Shown here: positions 57,501-63,931 of the stretch, piece by piece
Position numbering within the stretch: the first letter of the stretch is position 1
Layout of the letters: every line of letters begins with the position of its first letter
NCBI GenBank assembly: GCA_902601475.1
Contig: CACKNK010000006.1
Span: 1,621-65,620 of the forward strand
Direction: 5' to 3'
Origin: an uncultured SAR86 cluster bacterium
GTDB lineage: Bacteria; Pseudomonadota; Gammaproteobacteria; Magnimaribacterales; D2472
Length of the DNA: 64,000 nt
Notes under the pieces: model-generated
Database searches by the model: none
What the model saw: only the letters and a program-made list of their open reading frames with translations
Told to the model about the DNA's origin: nothing
Program-made: the position numbers and the translations under genes

Positions 57501-58241
57501 ACTTCTGGTGGTTCCAACAATCTCGCTGGCGTTATGGTTACTTGGCAGAGCCTTGATAATCCTGATTCAACTTTGTACAACGGAATGTCGAATGTAGGTA
57601 ATGGCGATGCATTTAGTGATACTCAAGGGAATGCTAACTACGCATCATGGGGTTTTTGGGCTATGAGTTCTGCTGATATTGCTGTAGCTACCGGCGATCA
57701 AAACGCCTCGGTGCATTTAGGTACCTGGGTTGGCGGAGAACTCATCGATCAAAGTTTAATTCCAACCTCAGGATCGGCAAATATGAATGGAGGGGCAGTG
57801 TTTAATGTGGCTTATCGACATAATGCAAGCGGCACTGATTACGACGTGCATAAATACACCAGCACCGCAGATGTTAGCGCAACTTTTAATTGGGGTACAA
57901 GCGGATATTCAGGATCTATAACTTTTGAAAACTTTGATGATAAGAATCCAATTGTAGCGAATGCCGGCTTCTTTGATATCAATGGTTTCTTTACAGTGCC
58001 AATTGTTGGCACCGATCAACATTACAGCGGGAGCCTAACACCAAGCATGCAAAATGGCTGGTCGGGCACTGCATCAGTCAAGGGAAGTCTTTACGGCGGT
58101 CAATATACTGCGTATGGGGTTACACATACAGTGAGAGAAAGCGGAGGAAGCTTTGACGTAAATATTTACAAGACTGGCGATACTTCAACTGCTGGAGCTA
58201 ATGATTTTTATACGGCAGAAGGTATTTATTTAATCTATTAA
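51543..58241 (+). CDS. giant secreted surface/adhesin-like protein (2,232 aa): signal peptide, FecR-like domain, poly-Ser/Asp/Glu tract, cadherin-like repeats, large unassigned C-terminal region
   Basis: Uninterrupted 6.7-kb ORF. TTG start with GGGAG about 10 nt upstream. Signal peptide MQRIYSKLLLLTLFSTSIVA. Repeats visible by eye in the translation. Confidence 0.9.
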   Translation: MQRIYSKLLLLTLFSTSIVAQEQIGVAAAVNRNTTDLTLEQERKLVEAGYQIIQNHTIETDEIGKAQMLLLDGTAFSVGPNSSVVLDRFIYNPETAEGSLEVTARGLLRIVGGKVTKKQPALIRTNSATVGIRGGIGIVQTDGSQVNATFLYGEEMTVTPNCVDLDTFGDQCGSDFITTITEPGFSVTVESADSEPSEPEPVTEESLEAVQDELEASEDEPAEEESSSDESSSEESSDESSSEESSSEESSDESSSEESSSEESSDESSSEESSDDSSSDESSSDESSSDESSSDESSADDSVASDSSSDDASSDSSSDEPTNEVAQETESDTEVTTEVADAGGDGGTTEVEVDEGLLDSSGVSDVSSDVAPDELGTADAFEVETEVDLVDVDESPAEEVTEEVAQTTQETTAEVAPIFEVETTEVVESVDENTTEISLASFAVVNPGDQNFTVSVEGEGSEAFTYNEATNSLEITEALDHESQEAVELTVTFTSENGDVQEVALALNVADVDEAVELAVEPVNTISEAAISAELVANQVNVSETVPAGTVVATFSATDPEGNALTYSLTGAGSELMSVSETGEVTLTGNLDFETNSTLVMTLEVSDGTNTTTEEITINVINDDEPATIAATLSATSFAENSAVGAAIASVNATDPEGSAVTYTLSGTGSDNFSIDTSGNITLASTLDYETTTSYELTVVVDDGTYASTEVITVSVADVNEAPTLSATVAFNAFQENTATGTTIATSSVTDPEAGAITYSLSGTGSENFSVSSDGTVSLASTLDYETATGYEITLTASDGDNTVSEILTINVGDINEAPTVTTTLATSSVAEDAATGTTVATSTASDPESSTITYSLSGTGSDNFSVDANGNVTVASSLDYETTTSYTITLTASDGSNSTQETITINVSDVDEFTLALSSTSPAINEGVSTGTQVATSTLTQQDSASVTYSLSGTGSDKFAISSSGVITTAAAMDFETTSSYSLTVTVTDGTNTDTETINISINNVSLNTLATTLANSGAALAESSSSGTAVASSSINNPDSETITYTLSGTGSNKFSVDSSGNVTTNGTLDFETAKSYALTLTATAGSTSVTDTFTVNVGNVAELNAAVLRYSAAYNSVSRTGFSATATRGASGSSLPAYYLEQVGTTATTNFNDVFDHDGDVRNNHSPTVRVEIGGGTQLNFEYIFPITSLGGAAGVYAPSMYGSYGVVNTTVLGNNAAYRGILTNQILAAADVVGTTGNSPTITDNEIVSAGAFMQYSGSGNGVNASTGGDFAFMTTNLAGASLSYQSSSGQRTYGVIVGDTSTSYGSGYTGVGSYWQNAITGAGYTFQNCVAANVKTCLNNAGIDLDDVGIIVNNSPGTVTFGYSYSELADWIDGGGNYAATMWEHSGWSTRGMNGDQHEDIFAGLGWSGFSGNTVGGHVSPSTSISQSTVDAITNGGGTLNYSALVGRTHSFNAAGIMNIPSVCNSLVNGTISGASGASTFICDPGRTGSNGAVLGVADYNAYTSSGSGNSFIMNWFAGLNIGSAVTSTYNLFEDQTTLAGQIYTDAMWDTFVGCTSGDCSDKFSGNILYFAVLPIEYLGTSLNLDSDNWFYPNFMPMTNSNIWTYGDVGLRYCSPGANAGSECSSHTYDDAYAWQSLALNPVSSSSLHTNSREYDVGGNDIPEGSSFFKQMVKYDGVGVGMWAQISFADSYADDSDASNTRDDQQSLLNVVITNMNRRSNMTSMYSAGDSGFGMDGYHYWSYQGATNANDNGLGVVYGTSPVECATSNETACFWAPDAKESAGGTGNPSDTAAPSAMFLTSSDPYASGNMGLGVSYNANTDAFLTGSFNQALIRQNVKNGNGNWRSYTDTSTYRKTNLGQNSFPSSGSSTSGTLDWSGYFNGILEFDVSGASNNQFASIGTGSTRASFTFNYGTNFAEVVAPMDITAFASNNYTANWTTVDTGSMTLKFGDLDNTDAKSAFLANKVFAAEIQDDGTQIDSTSGGSNNLAGVMVTWQSLDNPDSTLYNGMSNVGNGDAFSDTQGNANYASWGFWAMSSADIAVATGDQNASVHLGTWVGGELIDQSLIPTSGSANMNGGAVFNVAYRHNASGTDYDVHKYTSTADVSATFNWGTSGYSGSITFENFDDKNPIVANAGFFDINGFFTVPIVGTDQHYSGSLTPSMQNGWSGTASVKGSLYGGQYTAYGVTHTVRESGGSFDVNIYKTGDTSTAGANDFYTAEGIYLIY
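51690..52020 (+). other. FecR-like beta-sandwich domain of the giant protein (approximate bounds)
   Basis: GKAQMLLLDGTAFSVGPNSSVVLDRFIYNP...LEVTARGLLRIVGGKV...ATVGIRGG resembles FecR/LipL45-type domains (pattern recognition only). Confidence 0.5.
52190..52505 (+). repeat. poly-Ser/Asp/Glu low-complexity coding tract: (SSSEE-SSDE-SSSEE)x3 then (SSSDE)x4
   Basis: About 105 aa, nearly all S, D or E. Peptide repeats are exact but encoded with different Ser/Glu/Asp codons in each unit. Confidence 0.95.
52855..54860 (+). repeat. tandem array of cadherin-like domains (1 degenerate + 6 clear, ~97 aa each)
   Basis: Recurring V.E...GT.VAT..ATDPE....TYSLSGTGS..F.....G.VT....LDYET..SY.LT..A.DG......I.INV.DVNEAP. 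Approximate unit boundaries: 53160, 53441, 53723, 54013, 54294, 54583. Confidence 0.8.
57640..58238 (+). other. C-terminal beta-barrel-like module of the giant protein (TbpB-type or OM-anchor-type; speculative)
   Basis: Alternating-residue strands separated by Gly/Asn/Ser turns (GSANMNGGAVFNV, VSATFNWGTSGYSGSITF, ASVKGSLYGG, YTAEGIYLIY) with a terminal aromatic residue. Confidence 0.35.
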
Positions 58242-58753
58242 ACAGTGCAATCTTGATCCAGTCCCAACACATGGGCCACTCGACCCATCCCCATCCAGCC
58301 GGCAATGCAATAGGTTAGATCAGTAATTTCTTGATCGCTGAAGTGCTCTTTAAGTTCCTCCCAAAAGGCTTCATCTTTAGCTAACTGTTTGGGCTCACTG
58401 CCCATGGCTTTAGCATATTTAACTGCTAACAATTCTTGTTGGTTGAGGTGCGATAGATCATCTTGCAAGAGATGAGTATAAAAGCTTTCATCAGGTGCTT
58501 CACCGTTGAGGGTAACCCCACCTTCAATACCCATTTGCTTAATGTCACGATTGGTTTGCCAATTCATACAGATCTGACACCCGTTAATTTGTGCGGTTGC
58601 AATTCTGGCTGCCTCAAAAACTCTTAAAGGTAATTTACTGTGTTCGTAAATGGCATAAGCAAAGGCATTACCTGCAGCAGAGATTTCTTTAGCATGCACT
58701 TCTCCCGGTCCCAGCATGGACGATGCAGCGTTTTCTTTTAATTTAATTCTCAT
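58238..58753 (-). CDS. carboxymuconolactone decarboxylase / AhpD-like family protein
   Basis: 171 aa, all-helical feel, with a CxxC motif (INGCQICMNW) as in AhpD/CMD proteins. Its stop shares a TTAA with the giant gene's stop. Confidence 0.6.
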   Translation of the reverse strand: MRIKLKENAASSMLGPGEVHAKEISAAGNAFAYAIYEHSKLPLRVFEAARIATAQINGCQICMNWQTNRDIKQMGIEGGVTLNGEAPDESFYTHLLQDDLSHLNQQELLAVKYAKAMGSEPKQLAKDEAFWEELKEHFSDQEITDLTYCIAGWMGMGRVAHVLGLDQDCTV

Positions 58754-58800
58754 GTGTTTAAATTAAAACATATCAACTATTTTTTCTAGAGGAGAAAAAA

Positions 58801-59223
58801 ATGAAAAAATCTTTAATTGTATTTTTAGGGCTAACGTTCTCATTGAGTTCTTTAGCATTAACCATTACAGACAAGCCTTATGAATTTACCGGCAACGTCA
58901 CCACCATCTCGTTGACCGATTCCGGTGGGGTGATCAATGTGGTGGGTAAAACTAGTCAGTACGGTAAAGTTTGGCTAACTTACAATCTTAAACTTGATAA
59001 CCCAGCATCACCTAATCAAGGCTCGTTCTCAGGCAGAGCGGTTGCTATTGATGATAACGGTAACCGCAACGGCGCTAGCCGACAAGGTGTTTGGGAGCGT
59101 AAAGGTTCTACGATGCACTTTAGATCATTGGATGATGTTAGTGATGGGAATCAATATCTTTGCATTACCAGTGTGAACTTACTGGATGACTCCTTGGAGA
59201 TGAAGTTTTACTCCGTAAAATAA
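58801..59223 (+). CDS. small secreted protein of unknown function
   Basis: Strong GGAGAAAAAAATG RBS. Signal peptide MKKSLIVFLGLTFSLSSLALT. The mature ~120 aa looks beta-rich. No family recognised. Confidence 0.7.
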   Translation: MKKSLIVFLGLTFSLSSLALTITDKPYEFTGNVTTISLTDSGGVINVVGKTSQYGKVWLTYNLKLDNPASPNQGSFSGRAVAIDDNGNRNGASRQGVWERKGSTMHFRSLDDVSDGNQYLCITSVNLLDDSLEMKFYSVK

Positions 59224-59279
59224 ATCTTTAAAAAAATAATGGTTTCATAGGCCTGCTAAAGATATTAAAATGCGGGTCT

Positions 59280-60375
59280 ATGGAGCTAGGTGAATTAAAA
59301 ACAGGACTTTTAAGCCTTCAAGATCGAATTGCTGATCTTAGGGGGTACCTTTGACGTTGCTGAAAAAGAGCAATCGCTAGCTTCCATTACCCAACAACTT
59401 TCTGAGGAATCGACCTGGTCGGACTTAGAGCTTTCACAATCGCTAAATAAGCAAAAATCAGAGATCGAAAAATTTCTTAATCACTTTTTAGATACCGAAT
59501 CTCAATTGGCTGATAATCTTGAGATTTTAGAAATGGCTGTTGAGGAAAACGATGCATCGGCCATTGAGGAAATTCAAAACGACTATCCTCAACTTGAAGC
59601 AAGCGTTGAAGAGCTGGAGTTCAATCGGATGTTTAGCAAAAAGGCAGATCCGAATTCAGCCTTCATTGATATTCAATCAGGCTCCGGTGGCACCGAAGCA
59701 CAGGATTGGGCTGAAATGCTGCAACGTATGTACATGCGCTGGGCTGAATCACGAGAATTTGGTGTCGAAGTGATTGAACTCTCACCCGGAGAAGTTGCTG
59801 GCATCAAATCAGTTTCACTGCATATTAAGGGCTCGTATGCTTACGGTTGGCTAAGAACTGAAACCGGAGTGCATCGATTGGTAAGAAAATCACCTTTTGA
59901 TAGTGGTAATCGAAGGCATACCTCATTTGCTTCGGTGTTTGTTTCACCCGAAATTGATGAATCAATTGAAGTGGATCTGAATCCTGCAGATGTACGCATC
60001 GATACTTATCGAGCATCAGGTGCAGGCGGTCAACACGTTAATAAAACTGACTCGGCTGTGCGTTTAACGCACGAGCCCACCGGAACGGTGGTGCAATGTC
60101 AAAGCGATCGTTCGCAACATAAAAATAAAGATAATGCGTTCAAACAACTCAAATCTAAGTTGTATGAGCTAGAATTACAAAAACAAAAGGAAGAGCAGCA
60201 ATTATTAGAGGAAAGTAAGTCTGATATTGGTTGGGGAAGCCAAATACGCTCCTACGTGTTAGATCAATCAAGAATAAAAGATCTAAGAACCAATGTAGAA
60301 ACAGGCAATACTCAAAATGTGCTGGATGGGGATTTGGATATGTTTATCAAAGCAAGTTTAACGCAGGGTATTTAG
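59280..60375 (+). CDS. prfB: peptide chain release factor 2, translated via programmed +1 frameshift (frame 0: 59280-59351; frame +1: 59353-60375)
   Basis: ATG 59280 gives [24 protein letters not shown], then in-frame TGA at 59352-59354. The +1 frame continues DVAEKEQ... with SPF (RKSPFDS) and GGQ ([10 protein letters not shown]) motifs. Confidence 0.93.
59340..59355 (+). promoter_or_regulatory. RF2 autoregulatory +1 frameshift site
   Basis: AGG GGG TAC CTT TGA C: internal SD-like AGGGGG, 3-nt spacer, slippery CTT followed by the poor-context stop UGA-C. Same layout as E. coli prfB. Confidence 0.9.
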
Positions 60376-60379
60376 AGTT

Positions 60380-61873
60380 ATGACAGAAGAAAATTTAGGC
60401 GGTGAAGCTGGTCTGATTGAGGAGCGTAAGAAGAAACTTAAACTTCTGCGTGAGAGCAATAAAGCTTACGTCAACGATTTTGACAGGACGCACCGTGCTG
60501 AGTCGATCATTGCTGACTATCATGAGTTTTCAAAGGCTGAACTGGAAGAAAAAAACATTGACGGCATTAAGCTTGCCGGTCGCATTGTGCTCAAGCGAGT
60601 GATGGGCAATGCAAGCTTTATCACCATTCGCGATGAGCTATCTGATTTACAGGCGTATGTTAGTAAAAACGACATTGGTGAAGACGATTACGCTGATTTT
60701 AAAACGTGGGATATTGGCGATATTGTTGGTCTATCTGGCAAGCTTTTTAGAACCAAGACGGATGAACTTACCTTGCATTGTTCAGCGGTGACTATGATCA
60801 CCAAATCATTAAAACCCATGCCGGAAAAACATAAAGGGCTATCCGATATCGAGATCCGCTACCGTCAAAGGTACTTAGATCTCATGAGTAATAATGAGAC
60901 CAAGGAGCTTTTTTTAAGTCGATCAAAAATTTTGGATAGTGTGCGAACCACGATGAAAGCGGCAGAATTCATGGAAGTTGAAACCCCCATGATGCACTCT
61001 CTGCCAGGCGGTGCCGTGGCTAGACCCTTTATCACCAAACACAATGCATTGAACCGTGATTTATATTTAAGGATTGCGCCTGAATTACATTTAAAAAGAT
61101 TACTGGTTGGTGGGTTTGATAAGGTTTTTGAGATTAATCGAAGTTTTAGAAACGAAGGTCTTTCGACCAAACACAATCCTGAATTTACCATGCTTGAATT
61201 TTATGCAGCGCATGAGAAATTTGACCACACTCTTAACTTTGTCGCCGACATTATTAAAAACGCCACTGATTGCGTGGGACTGGATTTGGCAAAAGTGGAA
61301 TGGGATGGCGACAGCATTGATCTTAATAAGTTTGCTACCAAAACCATGCGTGAGTTGGTGCTTGAAAACAATAGCGAGCTTGCCGAGGGTGATCTTAAAG
61401 ATCTAGTAAAATTAACGGAAGTTGCTGAAGCCAAAGGCATTAAGGTTGAAGAGGGTTATGGCTGGGGTAAGGTTTTACTTGAGTTATTTGAGAAAACCGT
61501 TGAAGCAAAGCTCATTCAACCAACCTTTGTGACGGAATATCCTGTTGAAGTTTCACCGCTTTCAAGGCGCTCTAATGAAGATCCTGATTTTGCCGATCGT
61601 TTTGAACTTTTTATTGGCGGTAAAGAATTAGCCAATGGCTTTTGTGAGCTGAATGATCCTGAAGATCAGGCTTCACGTTTTCAAGATCAAGTCGAAGCAG
61701 GACGAGCAGGGGATAAAGAAGCGATGTCGTTTGATCAAGACTACATTACTGCTCTAGAGCATGGCATGCCTCCGGCAGTTGGGGTTGGTATTGGGATCGA
61801 TCGGGTGGTGATGATGATCACCAATAGTTCATCCATCAAGGATGTGATCTTATTCCCTCAAATGAAAGACTGA
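60380..61873 (+). CDS. lysS: lysine--tRNA ligase (class II)
   Basis: OB-fold N-domain and class II motifs (FRNEG, ELNDP, GIGIDR). prfB-lysS order as in E. coli. Confidence 0.96.
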   Translation: MTEENLGGEAGLIEERKKKLKLLRESNKAYVNDFDRTHRAESIIADYHEFSKAELEEKNIDGIKLAGRIVLKRVMGNASFITIRDELSDLQAYVSKNDIGEDDYADFKTWDIGDIVGLSGKLFRTKTDELTLHCSAVTMITKSLKPMPEKHKGLSDIEIRYRQRYLDLMSNNETKELFLSRSKILDSVRTTMKAAEFMEVETPMMHSLPGGAVARPFITKHNALNRDLYLRIAPELHLKRLLVGGFDKVFEINRSFRNEGLSTKHNPEFTMLEFYAAHEKFDHTLNFVADIIKNATDCVGLDLAKVEWDGDSIDLNKFATKTMRELVLENNSELAEGDLKDLVKLTEVAEAKGIKVEEGYGWGKVLLELFEKTVEAKLIQPTFVTEYPVEVSPLSRRSNEDPDFADRFELFIGGKELANGFCELNDPEDQASRFQDQVEAGRAGDKEAMSFDQDYITALEHGMPPAVGVGIGIDRVVMMITNSSSIKDVILFPQMKD

Positions 61874-62311
61874 TTACCAGCGGTACTTGTCGAAATTATC
61901 TGGATTGGCCCAGCCTTCAGGACTGTTCCAGTTTCTTTTTTTGTTGTATGAATCGAGATTGTAGCTGTAGAAGTTTTCTGCGCCTTTAAGCTCAAGTTTC
62001 AAAAAACCTAGTTCGCTTAACTCTTCAGGTTTTAAGTTTTTGGATTGAATGATGATGCGCTGTGCCAGTACGTTTTTGAGTTTGCCGACTTCAACTTTAG
62101 ATAACGTCATATCCGGCATCACCAAACAGAGGTCGTTTGTTGGAAATATCTCTTCAACTATTTCAGGAACAATACTGATTTTTGCAAAAATTTTCTCCAG
62201 TTCGCCGATCCAGCCACCCACTGATTTGGCGGTGACAATCGTTAATGATTGCAAAGAAAGGTTTTGAAAGAGTGCAATCAGGTCGGTTAAGGTTTTTGAG
62301 TTCTTTTTCAA
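61874..62311 (-). CDS. hypothetical protein, translationally coupled to mdh
   Basis: 145 aa. ATGA overlap with the mdh stop. Trp-rich C-terminus NWNSPEGWANPDNFDKYRW. No family confidently recognised. Confidence 0.6.
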   Translation of the reverse strand: MKKNSKTLTDLIALFQNLSLQSLTIVTAKSVGGWIGELEKIFAKISIVPEIVEEIFPTNDLCLVMPDMTLSKVEVGKLKNVLAQRIIIQSKNLKPEELSELGFLKLELKGAENFYSYNLDSYNKKRNWNSPEGWANPDNFDKYRW

Positions 62312-63309
62312 TCGTTTAATAAATCTTGCACAGCCTCACGCTCAGCCAGTAATTCATCCACAGAAATCTGAATTTTTGCTTTAGCAAAATCGGATAAGGT
62401 GAAATCTCTCACGATCTCAACATCTCCGCTGGAGGTGGTCATTAAAGGCAGCCCACACATAATCCCTTCAGGAATATCGTAACTACCGTCGCTATAAACT
62501 GCTGCACTAAAAACATCACCGGATGCTGTAGGGTTCTCACATGCTTTCACCGTATCCAAGGCTGCTTTGGCAGCTGAAGTTGCACTGGAGGCACCTCGTG
62601 CATCGATTACAGCTTTACCACGCTGTTGTACGGTTGGTAAGAAACTATCCTCAATCCAGGCTGCATCATCAATCAGTTCTGCACCGCGTTGGCCATTCAC
62701 AACCACATTCTCATAATCAGGATACATAGTAGGGCTATGATTACCCCAAATGGTCATGCGCTGAACATCACCCACACCCACACCTAATTTTTTTGCCAGT
62801 ACGGATTTAGCTCTGCTTGAATCAAGCATGGTCATTGCCATCCATAGTTGCCCAGCATTATGAGCTGCATGTCGGCCAATTAATGCATTGGTATTAGCCG
62901 GATTGCCAACTACTAAAATCTTTGCATCATCCGCACCTTTCTCACCCACAGCTTTACCTTGGTCAACAAAGATACCACCGTTGATGTTGAGGAGATCAGA
63001 TCGCTCTTCAATCTTTTTACCGTTGTAAACAATGCCACGTGGGATACTGCCCACCAGTAAAAACCAGTCAGCACCGTCTGCAGCTTTTGAAAAATCATCG
63101 GTGTAATTCACCGAACCCATGGTTGGAAAATATGAATCCTCTAACTCCATCACCAGACCTTCGAGCTTATCCACTACTTGTGGTATTTCTACCAGCTCAA
63201 GATCCACCGTTTTATTGCCGAAAGTAACGCCATCTAAAAGTCTGGGCACCAATGAGTATCCTATTTGTCCGGCTGCTCCTGTGACCACAACTTTAACTTT
63301 TTCTGACAT
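62308..63309 (-). CDS. mdh: malate dehydrogenase (long, LDH-like type 2 family)
   Basis: VVVTGAAGQIGYSL, VGNPANTN, catalytic IWGNHS. Confidence 0.94.
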   Translation of the reverse strand: MSEKVKVVVTGAAGQIGYSLVPRLLDGVTFGNKTVDLELVEIPQVVDKLEGLVMELEDSYFPTMGSVNYTDDFSKAADGADWFLLVGSIPRGIVYNGKKIEERSDLLNINGGIFVDQGKAVGEKGADDAKILVVGNPANTNALIGRHAAHNAGQLWMAMTMLDSSRAKSVLAKKLGVGVGDVQRMTIWGNHSPTMYPDYENVVVNGQRGAELIDDAAWIEDSFLPTVQQRGKAVIDARGASSATSAAKAALDTVKACENPTASGDVFSAAVYSDGSYDIPEGIMCGLPLMTTSSGDVEIVRDFTLSDFAKAKIQISVDELLAEREAVQDLLND

Positions 63310-63325
63310 GTAATTACTCCGATTT

Positions 63326-63913
63326 TTACTGCGTTATTATATTCCTAAAAGTGAAGTTAATCCTTGGTTCTGAAATCTTTTTTGATTTTCTTATACCGTG
63401 TTTCCATGCGCTCTGAGTTGCACCTTGCATAAGCATTAATGATCCGTGCGGTTGATTGAATGTTTTGGTTTCAGTTTTATCCTTATTTTGAAAAACAAGT
63501 GGTCTCTCTGCGCCTAAGGAAAGAGATGCAATAACCGGATTATTGCCCAGCTCTTGCTCGTCATCAGCATGAAATCCCATTGAATCATTCCCATCACGAT
63601 AAAGATTGGCAAGCACGGAATTAAAATAAATACCCAATTGGTTTTGAATAAGCGAACGTATTTCAATTAAGGGTTCAAAAAAATCGTATCTTTGCAGGCT
63701 CTTACCTGAATACGCATACTCACATCCTGGATCACCAATCCAGCATTGCAGGCGAGGAATGAACACTTCTTTGCCATACATTTTGATGGTCGATGATTCC
63801 CACGGTATTTCATTTAAGGCTGAAGAAAATATGCGATCTGCATCTGAGGAATTGATAAATTTCTCATAAGAAATTATTTCTAGACCCTTATAGTTTATGG
63901 CGACTTCCTTCAT
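63326..63913 (-). CDS. Fe(II)/2-oxoglutarate-dependent dioxygenase, AlkB-like
   Basis: HxD...H triad context (GFHADDE ... WKHGI) and C-terminal RINFTFR, typical of AlkB/ALKBH repair dioxygenases. Confidence 0.8.
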   Translation of the reverse strand: MKEVAINYKGLEIISYEKFINSSDADRIFSSALNEIPWESSTIKMYGKEVFIPRLQCWIGDPGCEYAYSGKSLQRYDFFEPLIEIRSLIQNQLGIYFNSVLANLYRDGNDSMGFHADDEQELGNNPVIASLSLGAERPLVFQNKDKTETKTFNQPHGSLMLMQGATQSAWKHGIRKSKKISEPRINFTFRNIITQ

Positions 63914-63931
63914 GTAAAATATTACGTTCTC

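Noticed and set aside
57640-58241. The giant protein as an RTX/T1SS adhesin, classical autotransporter, or Slam-type lipoprotein.
   Set aside because: It has no GGxGxD nonapeptide repeats near the C-terminus and no adjacent T1SS genes. Its N-terminal Sec signal has no lipobox Cys. The terminal module is too short for a 12-stranded autotransporter barrel.
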